From: Candidatus Nomurabacteria bacterium
GTDB taxonomy: Bacteria > Patescibacteriota > Minisyncoccia > Phycocordibacterales > UBA5272
Length of the DNA stretch: 61,373 bases
Reading direction: 5' to 3'
Assembly (NCBI GenBank): GCA_943354975.1
Contig: CALRDS010000001.1
Location: 1-61,373, forward strand
Part shown: positions 52,703 through 61,373 of the stretch, in pieces
How positions within the stretch are numbered: position 1 is the first letter of the stretch
Layout of the letters: each line of letters starts with the position of its first letter
Program-made: the position numbers and the translations under genes
Notes under the pieces: generated by a model
Told to the model about the DNA's origin: nothing
Databases searched by the model: none
The model's input: the letters and a program-made list of their open reading frames with translations, nothing else

Positions 52703-53841
52703 ACATCCCCATCCTTCACAATGTATTCCTTTCCTTCCGTACGTAATACCCCTTTTGATTTTGCTTCTGCAAAACTACCTAAATCTATTAAATCTTCGTA
52801 TGATACAACTTCTGCACGAATAAATTTATCTTTGAAATCTGTGTGAATAGCTTGTCCTGCTACTGGTGCTGTACTTCCCTTCTTGATTGTCCATGCTCGT
52901 GTTTCCATTTCTCCGGTTGTGAGATACGTTTCTAAACCAAGCAAATTGTATCCAGCATTAATGAGGTTGTTGATTCCGTCATCACTCTCATTTGCCCCAC
53001 CTCGCTCATGCTCCAAATTTGGCGCATGAGCTTCGCGGGACGAATTACCAGTGAGGGCAATTCGCATCTCTTCTTTCTCAATACCTTCAAAATCTTTTAA
53101 TTCGTCTTCTATCTTTGCATCCACAACAACATAATGAAACTTATTTTCCTTAAAATATGCAATCAACTTCTCAAATCTACCATCCTTCATTTCATCTAAA
53201 TTCTTCCCACCAGATTGCTTATTTAATACATAAAGTATTGGCTTCATTGTTATTAAATGTAAGTCTCTGATTAACTTCATTTCATCTTCAGTAAATGATA
53301 AAAGATTTGCAAGTTTTCCTTCATCAAATGCCTTTTTGAAAACATCCAATAATTCTTGAAGTTTTATAGCGTCCTTGTCTCCGCGCCTTACATCACGACC
53401 TATTGTCTGACTTCTCTTTTCTACTGTCTGCATATCTGCCAAAATTAGTTCCATATTTATGATTTCAATATCACGAAGTGGATCCACTGTCCCCTCTACG
53501 TGTATCAAATCACTATTTTCATAAATACGTACTACTTCAGCAATAGCATCTGTCTCGCGGATATGTGAAAGAAAAGCATTTCCTAGACCCTCACCAGACG
53601 ACGCCCCTTTTACCAGGCCTGCAATGTCGACAAATGAAACAATTGCTGGAATTATTTTTTTAGAATTACTAATTTTTGAAAGTTTTTCAAGTCGCTCATC
53701 AGGCACAGGAACTACCCCAACTGACGGATCAATCGTACAGAAAGGATAATTTTCTGCTGGGACAGACTTCTTAGTGAGCGCATTAAATAACGTGGACTTC
53801 CCAACATTTGGCAACCCTACAATTCCAATAGACAAAGACAT
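52684..53841 (-). CDS. ychF: ribosome-binding ATPase YchF
   Basis: GIVGLPNVGKSTLFNALT, the DIAGLV motif, and the C-terminal TGS domain ending GDVIEFKI. Confidence 0.95.
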   Translation of the reverse strand: MSLSIGIVGLPNVGKSTLFNALTKKSVPAENYPFCTIDPSVGVVPVPDERLEKLSKISNSKKIIPAIVSFVDIAGLVKGASSGEGLGNAFLSHIRETDAIAEVVRIYENSDLIHVEGTVDPLRDIEIINMELILADMQTVEKRSQTIGRDVRRGDKDAIKLQELLDVFKKAFDEGKLANLLSFTEDEMKLIRDLHLITMKPILYVLNKQSGGKNLDEMKDGRFEKLIAYFKENKFHYVVVDAKIEDELKDFEGIEKEEMRIALTGNSSREAHAPNLEHERGGANESDDGINNLINAGYNLLGLETYLTTGEMETRAWTIKKGSTAPVAGQAIHTDFKDKFIRAEVVSYEDLIDLGSFAEAKSKGVLRTEGKEYIVKDGDVIEFKI

Positions 53842-53861
53842 AGTTGTGCTATTCTAACACA

Positions 53862-55070
53862 TTATTTTAAATCAAATTTCAAGCTTGCCAATCTATCAAA
53901 TGTCGCATCTTGTTGCGCTTTAGCTTTTGCATAAAGCGGAACAAGTGTCCCTAATAATTCTTCTACAAAAATTGGCTTATCTGGATTATCTTTAATACTT
54001 CTTAAAGCTTTTTCAAAGAAAGCCCGTGTGATAGATACCGTTTCTTTGTATTTATCATCTTTGTCATCTAAAACAACCCCAGTAATAATAGCGTCTATAT
54101 TTTCTTGCGCTATCTTAATTTGCTCTTTAATAAAAACAAGTCTATCTTCTTGGGACATCGCATCTTCATCAGAAAGACTATTGAAGTTTTCACTAAGAGA
54201 TGCGCCTTGAGAAAATAAAGCTAAGCTAGTTAGCTGATCCAACTTTTCCAAATTGCCTTGATTGTTCTCTAAAAAAGATCTTATGGCCACGTGTGCTTCA
54301 TCTCCTATAACTATATCAGTAAAGATTGGTGAATCCCCAAAAAAAAGACCCCGGTACAGCGTAGATTTATTTTTATGAAATATTATTTTTGCCATCTCGT
54401 GAAAATGAAATGGCATTTTTATTAATAAATCATAGCTTATTTCTTTTTTTATAATATCCTCAGAAGCACTAAACATTGAAGCAAAAGCCTCTTCGAGCAT
54501 AGCCTGCTGGCCAGAATTAAAACCACGATCAATTCTCATAAATGAGGGAATTGCTGAATTATCATTTAATAATCCTTGCTTAATAGCCAAAACCACATGA
54601 ACTAAATCATGCGAAGAAGTGATATTTCTATCTCCTGGCAAAACAACACTTACCCCTAAACGTACTAAATTAAAATAATCTTTTTTAGAATAATTTGATC
54701 TGGGTGTATCTTTTTTTATTTGAAAGTTTATAACTCTTTTAAAAACATAGTCTAGGGTCACGAGCAACTTCTCTTCCTCTTCTTCTGTAAGTTTCCGGCC
54801 TAAAGCATTTCTGGTATTTTCATAAATTTCATTTACTTCCACCATTGTCCTATATTGAATTATTGGATTAATCAAAGGATCATGAATCAAATTATTTGGA
54901 ATAGACTCTGATACGCCGGCAGTTTTATCAAGTTCACGCTGTTTGCTTTCTAGTTTTTCAGCTATATCACTTAAATCAGCCATTCTTTTTTCTCTAGCTA
55001 AAATATAACTACTTTTAACAGGCCCTACCTCTGTTTCATTTGAAGCTAAACCTGGTATTTTACTGTCCAT
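53862..55070 (-). CDS. hypothetical protein (402 aa)
   Basis: Long clean ORF of helical composition. No family or catalytic motif recognised. Confidence 0.6.
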   Translation of the reverse strand: MDSKIPGLASNETEVGPVKSSYILAREKRMADLSDIAEKLESKQRELDKTAGVSESIPNNLIHDPLINPIIQYRTMVEVNEIYENTRNALGRKLTEEEEEKLLVTLDYVFKRVINFQIKKDTPRSNYSKKDYFNLVRLGVSVVLPGDRNITSSHDLVHVVLAIKQGLLNDNSAIPSFMRIDRGFNSGQQAMLEEAFASMFSASEDIIKKEISYDLLIKMPFHFHEMAKIIFHKNKSTLYRGLFFGDSPIFTDIVIGDEAHVAIRSFLENNQGNLEKLDQLTSLALFSQGASLSENFNSLSDEDAMSQEDRLVFIKEQIKIAQENIDAIITGVVLDDKDDKYKETVSITRAFFEKALRSIKDNPDKPIFVEELLGTLVPLYAKAKAQQDATFDRLASLKFDLK

Positions 55071-55077
55071 ATAATTA

Positions 55078-55170
55078 TTATTTGAACAATTCCTGCAACT
55101 CCTTTTGATACTTTTTCCCCACTATGTGAATACACTTCGCGGGGCGAGACTGAATTATAAAAGTTGTCAT
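55078..55170 (-). CDS. 30-aa mini-ORF sharing the C-terminal 12 residues of the upstream 76-aa protein
   Basis: MTTFIIQSRPAKCIHIVGKKYQKELQELFK*. Its tail KKYQKELQELFK equals the tail of the 55182-55412 product, with 7 of 12 codons changed and all changes synonymous. Confidence 0.45.
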   Translation of the reverse strand: MTTFIIQSRPAKCIHIVGKKYQKELQELFK

Positions 55171-55181
55171 GTTAATTTTAT

Positions 55182-55412
55182 TCATTTCTTAAATAGCTCT
55201 TGGAGCTCCTTTTGATACTTCTTCATCACATCTAAGCTGGCGTACATTTCTGGTTTTCCTTGCTTCTTCAATACTTCAATTTCTTTTGCTATCTTACTAA
55301 ATAACGCGGGATTTTTATCCACGGCCACTTTCAACATTTCCTGTTGTTCTTTTGGCAAATTCTTTGCCCCATATTTTACTGCCTGTTTTACAAAAAAATC
55401 TCTAATTCCCAT
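55182..55412 (-). CDS. hypothetical 76-aa helical protein
   Basis: Clean ORF ending ...DVMKKYQKELQELFKK*. No family recognised. Confidence 0.6.
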   Translation of the reverse strand: MGIRDFFVKQAVKYGAKNLPKEQQEMLKVAVDKNPALFSKIAKEIEVLKKQGKPEMYASLDVMKKYQKELQELFKK

Positions 55413-55417
55413 ATTTA

Positions 55418-56074
55418 TTACTTAGATGCTTCCTGAATAACTTTATCAAAATCTTCAATTGATTTTGGGTTTTGTATCTTTTTACCATTTACAAAAAACG
55501 TTGGAGTACTATTAACACCTAAGTTCACCCCTTCTTTATATTCGGCTAAAATCTTTTCTTCAACTTCTTTGCTATTCAAATCTGATGTAAACTTCGCCAC
55601 ATTAAGACCAAGAGCTGAAGCATACCCAACAAAAGTATCTCGTGCATTTAGTGATCCACTCCAATCAGTCTGTTTATCATAGAGCATGTCATGCATTTCC
55701 CAGAACTTTCCTTGTAATCCTGCAGCCTCCGAAGAACGTGCCGCGAGAAGCGCGTTCTGATGCATTTGTGTTAATGGAAAATGTCTGAATACTACTTTTA
55801 ATATTTGTGGGTTATGTGCAGTAACTTGGCGAACTATAGGTTCATACGCTCCACAGGCAGGACACTGAAAATCTCCGAACTCAACTAAAGTAACTACACC
55901 ATTTGGTGCGCCACGTACATGATCCGTTTCTGTGATGACTACTTCTTGAGTAGTTGAAACGCCAGACTTACTTACGGCGTAAAAATAATAAGCAAATATA
56001 AGAACAATAACCAGAACTAATCCTCCAATAAATTTACCCTCTGTTGTTTCCAAATATTTGGTCAATTTTTTCAT
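55418..56074 (-). CDS. DsbA-family thiol:disulfide oxidoreductase (membrane anchored)
   Basis: TM anchor. Thioredoxin-fold active site FGDFQCPAC. Confidence 0.85.
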   Translation of the reverse strand: MKKLTKYLETTEGKFIGGLVLVIVLIFAYYFYAVSKSGVSTTQEVVITETDHVRGAPNGVVTLVEFGDFQCPACGAYEPIVRQVTAHNPQILKVVFRHFPLTQMHQNALLAARSSEAAGLQGKFWEMHDMLYDKQTDWSGSLNARDTFVGYASALGLNVAKFTSDLNSKEVEEKILAEYKEGVNLGVNSTPTFFVNGKKIQNPKSIEDFDKVIQEASK

Positions 56075-56097
56075 ATTCTTCCAAGTATAACATGGGT

Positions 56098-56125
56098 AGT
56101 TTTCAATTTACAGTTTAGAGTTTTC
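56098..56125 (-). repeat. heptad tract AGTTTTC AATTTAC AGTTTAG AGTTTTC
   Basis: 7-nt period, upstream of TATACT and the dsbA-like ATG (56074). Confidence 0.6.
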
Positions 56126-56274
56126 TGCAAATACAGACTCAAATTTACACTACCTGTAAAAGGTGTTATAAAGAACAGGAACTTATGATGACCACATTTC
56201 TGCGTGGAGAGTCCAAAGAAGAAAGAATAGCCCGGGAGAAACTCGAATCATCGAGATGGTATAGTTTTTGTTTT

Positions 56275-58026
56275 CTAGCGGTCGGGTGGAACTTCGTAGT
56301 AAGAGATGAGGAACTTAACCAACTTAAAAAATGGATCAGTCAGTGTGGCGGATGCATACTCTGCTCCCTTTGGATAAGTTTGAAAAAGAAAAATAATATA
56401 TTTTGGTTCATATGCTGGGAAATATCCAAAAAAAGAATGTAGATACCTATCTTCATAATATCCACCCCCTGGTTTTACCATTTGGGCTGTTCCAGTTTTT
56501 GCAGCAATACTATAGTGATCCATCTTTCGTGTCCCGTGAGTCAGAGCATTATCTACAACATGAACAAGCATGCGAGAAATACGCTCACTTGAATCTTTGG
56601 TTATAACTTGCTCACCTTCATCTTGAATAATCTTTTTTACATTACCATTTTGATAAATAATACTGTCTACAACATGTGGGGTTACTAATTTCCCACCATT
56701 GCCCAAAACAGAAAGTGCTCGTATTGTTTGAATCGGAGTAATGGCAATGCCTTGTCCGAAACCAGCGGTTGCCGAATCAACAAAAACAGAGCTATCCAAG
56801 TTTTTAGTAAGTCCGCTGGCTTCCCCTGGTAAATCAATACCTGATTCACTGCCTAGCCCGAACTTTTTAAAATAATCTTGGAATCTTTTTGCTCCTAATT
56901 GTTCAACTAGAAATACTGTTCCTACGTTTAGAGACTCATTTAATATCTTTTGCATAGAAGTATTCTTTCCACGAGGTTTCCCATCAAAATTGTGAACCGT
57001 GTAACCATTCAAATCTCTAAATCCAGTGTCGTTATACGTGGTGGATGCTTCATTTATCGCACCAGAATCTATTGCAGAAGCCATAGTTATTGGCTTCATA
57101 ATACTTCCCATTTCGTATACACCTGAAACATTTTGATTTAAAAATAAACTTGGATCTTTTACTTCTCCGTACATATTTGGATCAAATGAAGGTAACCCAT
57201 CCATAGCAATAATAGCTCCCGTTTGTGGATCCATGATGATACCTCCTACTTGTTCTGAATTCCATGTGGCGCGAGTCTCGGCTAGCGCACTGTGTAATGC
57301 CCGCCCTGCTTCAGCGTCTATCGTAAGAACGATGTCCCCCTCTTGTTTATCAGAATTTGAAACAATCGTTTTCTCTATATCCGTAAAAAGTTCTGCAAAA
57401 AAGTTTACTGTCTGATCAGCGCTAGTACGTGATAGAACATCGTCATAATATCTCTCTATTCCATACTGACCTTTTACCCTAGCTCCATCATTTCCCACAA
57501 AGCCGATGACTTTCGATCCAACTGTCTCTTGGGGATACGCCCGTATGTTATCTTTTACAAAGATAGTTCCTTTCAATTTTTGCTTTTTAAGATTCGCGAT
57601 TATTTCACTTGGAATATTTTTTGTAATCTCTTCATATGGATCATTTTTCTTTCCAGCTTTTTCCAAAAACATCACCTTGTCTACCATGACACTGAGAGAC
57701 AGTTTTTCATACAAATCTTCTGCATTTACTATTTGAGTCGGATCAATAGCAATGCGATAGGTAGTGCTTAATTGGGCAATAGGAACTGGAGTACTTCGAT
57801 AATGAGAAAGGAATACGGTTCCGCGGTCAAAATTTATTGGAGTAGTAGAGACGTATTGTTTATCTGCTAGTCCCACATAATATGAATGCTTTACAATTTG
57901 TACATAAAAAGCCCTGCACACCACGATAGCAATTAGTACAAACCACACCAGTAGCACAAGATGCGCCCTATCTTTTGAGCGCATCTCCTGATCTTCACTT
58001 ATTCCCCAAACCTCTTTATCGTGCAT
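56275..58026 (-). CDS. ftsI: class B penicillin-binding protein (FtsI-type transpeptidase)
   Basis: TM anchor, dimerisation domain, SIMK (SxxK), SLN (SxN), KTGTA (KTG). Located in the mraZ-rsmH-ftsL context. Confidence 0.9.
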   Translation of the reverse strand: MHDKEVWGISEDQEMRSKDRAHLVLLVWFVLIAIVVCRAFYVQIVKHSYYVGLADKQYVSTTPINFDRGTVFLSHYRSTPVPIAQLSTTYRIAIDPTQIVNAEDLYEKLSLSVMVDKVMFLEKAGKKNDPYEEITKNIPSEIIANLKKQKLKGTIFVKDNIRAYPQETVGSKVIGFVGNDGARVKGQYGIERYYDDVLSRTSADQTVNFFAELFTDIEKTIVSNSDKQEGDIVLTIDAEAGRALHSALAETRATWNSEQVGGIIMDPQTGAIIAMDGLPSFDPNMYGEVKDPSLFLNQNVSGVYEMGSIMKPITMASAIDSGAINEASTTYNDTGFRDLNGYTVHNFDGKPRGKNTSMQKILNESLNVGTVFLVEQLGAKRFQDYFKKFGLGSESGIDLPGEASGLTKNLDSSVFVDSATAGFGQGIAITPIQTIRALSVLGNGGKLVTPHVVDSIIYQNGNVKKIIQDEGEQVITKDSSERISRMLVHVVDNALTHGTRKMDHYSIAAKTGTAQMVKPGGGYYEDRYLHSFFGYFPAYEPKYIIFLFQTYPKGAEYASATLTDPFFKLVKFLISYYEVPPDR

Positions 58027-58333
58027 ACAGCACAGTATAACTTGCTATAGGGTCCTTACGCACAGCAAAAGTCGTACCATCTACTCGAGTAAAATTGTGA
58101 GCAAATAATGTCGAATCGTTTATAGAAGAAACCTTATTAGCATAACCAACCTCTAATGAACTAAGCTGTGAGGTTAAATCTCTACTCGCTAGATTATTTT
58201 GTTTTCGTTCGATGACTGAAAAAACTAGAGAAAGAAGTACTACGCAATATATCAGGGCTAGTACACAAAAAGTACCAAATAGTGTATGTACTGTTCTTTC
58301 GTATATTGTTATTGATTGGTATCTTGGTGACAT
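58016..58333 (-). CDS. ftsL: FtsL-like small bitopic division protein
   Basis: 105 aa with a single TM helix. Its position between rsmH and ftsI is the only real evidence. Confidence 0.5.
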   Translation of the reverse strand: MSPRYQSITIYERTVHTLFGTFCVLALIYCVVLLSLVFSVIERKQNNLASRDLTSQLSSLEVGYANKVSSINDSTLFAHNFTRVDGTTFAVRKDPIASYTVLYAR

Positions 58334-58339
58334 ATTTAT

Positions 58340-59233
58340 TTAAATTCTTTCTACTATTCTTAGTTGTGCACTACGAGCACGAGGATTCAGATTTATCTCA
58401 TCATCTGTCGGAATGATCGCTTTCTTTGTTATTGGAGTTAAAACATCTAACTTAGCTCGTAATCCCTGTTTTACAGTTCTGTCTTCTGTGCTGTGAAAAG
58501 TTATAAAGCAAGCCCTACCTTCAGTCTTTAGAATCTCGGGAAGTGCTTCGATTAAATCGTTTATGCTTCCGAGCTCGTCATTTACTGCCATACGCAGCGC
58601 CTGAAAAGTTTTTGTAGCAAAGTGAGTTCTTCTGTGACGATAAATAGCAGGAACTGCACCGGCTATTATATCTACTAACTCCTTAGTAGTCTTTATAGTT
58701 TTATTTTCTCTGTGACTTACAATTGCTCTGGCAATTCGACGAGAATATGTCTCGTCTGCAAATCCGTAGAGAATATCAGCTATAGTGGACTCGCTCCAGA
58801 AGTTCACGATGTCATAAGCAGTTGTCGTATCTTCATCAGGATGAGCGTCGAATGTCATCTGTAGAGGTTCGTCTTTTTGAAAAGAGAATCCTCTCCCAGA
58901 ATCATCTAGTTCCTGTGAAGAAAGTCCTAGGTCTGCGAGTATTCCATCTATTTGATTTATCTCGAATTTTCTTAGAATCTCTTTTATATGTCTGAAGTTC
59001 GAATGCACAAAATGTATCTCAGGTGCATTCTTTATATCCTTTAGCTTTCTTTTTGCAGAAGCTAAGGCTGTTTGATCTAAATCAATACATATAAGAGTTC
59101 CTTTCTTTCCGAGTAATTTAGCAATCTCTACAGAGTGTCCTGCACGGTTAGTCGTAGCGTCCACATAGGTACCCCCTTTTTTAATTACTAAACCATCTAT
59201 TGATTCTTTTAAAAGTACAGGTATGTGTGACAT
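58340..59233 (-). CDS. rsmH: 16S rRNA (cytosine1402-N4)-methyltransferase RsmH
   Basis: HIPVL..E......G.YVD.T...AGHS, DLG.SS.QLD...RGFSF, and FHS.EDR.VK. Confidence 0.95.
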   Translation of the reverse strand: MSHIPVLLKESIDGLVIKKGGTYVDATTNRAGHSVEIAKLLGKKGTLICIDLDQTALASAKRKLKDIKNAPEIHFVHSNFRHIKEILRKFEINQIDGILADLGLSSQELDDSGRGFSFQKDEPLQMTFDAHPDEDTTTAYDIVNFWSESTIADILYGFADETYSRRIARAIVSHRENKTIKTTKELVDIIAGAVPAIYRHRRTHFATKTFQALRMAVNDELGSINDLIEALPEILKTEGRACFITFHSTEDRTVKQGLRAKLDVLTPITKKAIIPTDDEINLNPRARSAQLRIVERI

Positions 59234-59253
59234 GGCACTTACAAATGTTCACA

Positions 59254-59688
59254 CTAAATGATTCCCAGTTCACTCAATTTGGAAGCCAGTGCATCTGCTT
59301 CACCATTTACTTTTGTAGTAATATTTTTCCAAGCATCTTCATCCCAAATTTCTACACGTGAGTGCATACCAGCTAAAACAACTTTATTAGAAAGTTTTGC
59401 AAAAGCTTTTAAGGTCTCTGGAATAACGATACGGCCCGCTGCATCGACGTCTGTTTCAAATGCATTTCCTAAAATAAATCGGTTAAAGTCTCTGGTGTCC
59501 TTGTTACCGAAACCACTTTGGGATAGACGCTGTGCAACAATTTGCCATTCTTTGATTGGAAAAATAAAGAGCGATGTATCTAAGCCATTGGTTACTACAA
59601 CTTTCTTACCTAAATCTGATCGCCATTTTGAAGGTAGCGTTAATCGTTTTTTAGGGTCGAGGTCGTGTGTGTATTGGCCAATTAGCAT
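59254..59688 (-). CDS. mraZ: transcriptional regulator MraZ
   Basis: Trimmed to MLIGQYTHDLDPKKRLTLPSKWR. Second SpoVT/AbrB-like repeat DAAGRIVIPE.L. Confidence 0.9.
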   Translation of the reverse strand: MLIGQYTHDLDPKKRLTLPSKWRSDLGKKVVVTNGLDTSLFIFPIKEWQIVAQRLSQSGFGNKDTRDFNRFILGNAFETDVDAAGRIVIPETLKAFAKLSNKVVLAGMHSRVEIWDEDAWKNITTKVNGEADALASKLSELGII

Positions 59689-59763
59689 AATAATTAAGTA
59701 GGTAGTAAGCAATGTTTAGCGAGTCGTTTGATTAAACGCTAAACACAACGCTTTTTGAAAGCT

Positions 59764-59787
59764 CCCACTTCCCCCCACCAAGACCCA
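59764..59787 (-). promoter_or_regulatory. candidate MraZ operator: three TGGG repeats at 10-nt phasing
   Basis: CCCA on + at 59764, 59774 and 59784 (TGGG in mraZ sense), immediately downstream of TATAAT (59787-59792). This mirrors the E. coli three-repeat MraZ operator layout. Confidence 0.5.
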
Positions 59788-59934
59788 TTATACTCCACTA
59801 TCTTTCTATTGTCCTAGAAAAAGCCTGTGGATAAGATAAATAAATTACATTGTTTGAATATAGAGTTTTGTTTTGACATAAAATAAATTTATGCTACAAT
59901 ATAATAAATAACCCCGAGGAGCTCTTTTAAGACC

Positions 59935-60339
59935 ATGAGCAAAAAATTAATTTACAATAAAGCTCTAGCAATTCCCATAGACCGCGTAGCAGCACGGGTG
60001 CTAAAAGAAGGAGAGCACTACGAGCCGCGAAGAATACCCAACAAGTTCTCACTTTTATACCACTCAGAAACACCACTGCCGATTCGACCCACACCAGTAG
60101 ATGCGCCAAAACTAGTGGGTATTACATTCGGAAGGCTTTCTGTAATTGGTCTACATGCAACAGTTAATGGTTTGTGGGTGGTCCGTTGCACCTGTGGCAA
60201 TTATGAAGGTCGCAGGACAAAAGCAATACTAAACCCCAAGAACAAATATGATCGTTGTGCAAAATGCGAACATTTAAGACATATAAAGAGCAATTACCAT
60301 TTTCTTAAAACAGGAAAAAATTGCGACAGCAATGATTAA
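59935..60339 (+). CDS. hypothetical zinc-ribbon protein, cassette I
   Basis: FGRLSVIG....NGLWVVRCTCGN...(17)...CAKC is a four-Cys module common in phage/mobile small proteins. TTGACA (59873-59878), 16 nt, TGcTACAAT (59895-59900). GAGGAG upstream. Terminator GACCC...GGGTC plus a T run (60365-60394). Confidence 0.55.
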   Translation: MSKKLIYNKALAIPIDRVAARVLKEGEHYEPRRIPNKFSLLYHSETPLPIRPTPVDAPKLVGITFGRLSVIGLHATVNGLWVVRCTCGNYEGRRTKAILNPKNKYDRCAKCEHLRHIKSNYHFLKTGKNCDSND

Positions 60340-60440
60340 CAATTTGTTTCTAACACCACCTCACGACCCTTAGATTGGGGTCATTTTTATTTTCAAACAA
60401 AAAGCAAAACTTGGATTTATAAAGCAGAAAAATTGGTTTA

Positions 60441-60520
60441 GATACGCGGCGTGAGCGATTTTTATGAGGAGACGTAGATAGAACTACGTTGACGATTAAA
60501 AATCGTGAGCAACAAAGTAG
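60441..60520 (+). repeat. R element copy b
   Basis: GATACGCGGCGTGAG-CGATTTTTA-TGAGGAG-ACGTAG-ATAGAA-CTACGT-TGACGAT-TAAAAATCG-TGAGCAACAAAGTAG. Ends 5 nt before the lysS stop codon. Confidence 0.65.
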
Positions 60521-60525
60521 ATGAA

Positions 60526-61373
60526 CTAATTTTTCGGTTTTATTAGAGGGAACATGTGGACCTCGCGAATAGGCTTATCTGCCAAAAATGCAAACAACCT
60601 CTCTCCAAATCCAAATCCACAAGTCGGTGGCATGCCGTGTTCAAGCATTTCTACAAAATCATGGTCTGCCATCATGGCTTCTTCATCCCCTCCTGCAAGA
60701 AGCACCTGTTGAGTATCAAATCGTGCACGCTGATCAATTGGATCATTTAATTCACTGTAACCTTTTCCGATTTCACTGCCAGCTAAGATTGGTTGGAATA
60801 ATTGCGCGGTCTCTTTGTCAGGATTGGCCTTTGCAAGTGGTGCCACAAGTAATGGATGATTAATTAAAAATGCTGGGCCAGAAATATTCTTGCGACAATA
60901 TTTCCAAAGTGTATCAATCAGTCTTTCGCGATTCGTACCATCATACTTAACTTTTAGCTCATGAAGCTTATCTTTGATCTCTTGGTCAGTGGATTCTTTT
61001 ATATTTATATGCGTTTGACGGAATATTTCATCTGTATAATCAAGTCGCTTCCATTCCTCACTTAAATCAAAAGCATGTCCACGTGTAGTGAACTTTGTAG
61101 TTCCAAATACTTCTGTGGCAATTTTTCTGTACAACTCCTGTACTAGATTCATGCCGTCTTCATAATCCGCATATGCCATGTAAAATTCACAATTAGTAAA
61201 CTCTTGCACATGTTCCGGAGAAGATCCTTCATTTCTATATACTCGTCCGATTTCAAATGTTTTAGGAAATCCAGCTGCCATAAGTCTCTTTTGCCAAAGT
61301 TCACCAACAGATATTCTCATGAATACATCTAAATCAAAATCATTATGATGTGTAGCAAAAGGTCGTGCTTCTG
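60526..61373 (-). CDS. lysS: lysine--tRNA ligase, class II (N-terminus outside window)
   Basis: The frame stays open to the window edge (..EARPFATHHNDFDLDVFMRISVGELWQKRL..). Motifs 2 and 3 are present, with GMPPTCGFGFGERL. Confidence 0.95.
   Translation of the reverse strand, partial: EARPFATHHNDFDLDVFMRISVGELWQKRLMAAGFPKTFEIGRVYRNEGSSPEHVQEFTNCEFYMAYADYEDGMNLVQELYRKIATEVFGTTKFTTRGHAFDLSEEWKRLDYTDEIFRQTHINIKESTDQEIKDKLHELKVKYDGTNRERLIDTLWKYCRKNISGPAFLINHPLLVAPLAKANPDKETAQLFQPILAGSEIGKGYSELNDPIDQRARFDTQQVLLAGGDEEAMMADHDFVEMLEHGMPPTCGFGFGERLFAFLADKPIREVHMFPLIKPKN

Noticed and set aside
60441-60520. R element as a hammerhead ribozyme, integron attC, REP/BIME, or CRISPR repeat
   Set aside because: UGAGGA resembles CUGANGA only in some copies, and no GAAA/stem III follows. 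There is no RYYYAAC...GTTRRRY arrangement. GTAG lies on the wrong side of the palindrome compared with REPs. The copies are dispersed, not arrayed with spacers.

Overview
This is an AT-rich chromosomal segment (about one third G+C by eye, not computed) from a reduced-genome bacterium. The gene set and several trimmed proteins fit Patescibacteria/CPR, which is an inference: AspRS lacks the GAD insertion, L13 is 114 aa, and AlaRS lacks the C-Ala domain.

The backbone is housekeeping:
- rplU, recR, dnaB, cysS, a C-terminal processing protease, rplI and rpmA.
- An HD hydrolase plus an AddA-like helicase-nuclease and an AddB/Cas4-like nuclease.
- gltX and part of the dcw cluster (murG-ftsW-mraY), a D-Ala-D-Ala carboxypeptidase, and scpAB.
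- aspS, trpS and a Na+/solute symporter.
- grpE-dnaK-dnaJ.
- The ribosomal protein cluster infA-rpmJ-rpsM-rpsK-rpsD-rpoA-rplQ-rplM-rpsI.
- alaS, ychF and a DsbA-like protein.
- The other dcw part (mraZ-rsmH-ftsL-ftsI) and lysS.
- One tRNA-Gln.

No rRNA, CRISPR array, transposase, integrase or reverse transcriptase was seen.

Several layers sit on this backbone that ordinary annotation would miss:
1. At least eleven moron-like single-gene cassettes lie in housekeeping intergenic gaps. Each has its own near-consensus sigma70 promoter, a strong Shine-Dalgarno site, its own GC-stem terminator and visibly higher G+C. Many core genes checked look leaderless or SD-less.
2. A four-copy structured repeat (R element) has compensatory changes in two nested stems. 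Three copies sit 5-12 nt after stop codons and are enclosed by stems built from the end of the local CDS.
3. Two mini-ORFs duplicate the C-terminal tail of a nearby gene (ribosomal protein S9 and a 76-aa protein). They differ from the parent almost only at synonymous sites.
4. Heptad-periodic (NNNAACT)n tracts cover promoter regions of at least eight genes.
5. There are three promoter-plus-terminator-bounded candidate small RNAs. One has a CCUCCC anti-SD loop.

Coordinates of non-ORF features were derived by hand and may be off by 1-2 nt.
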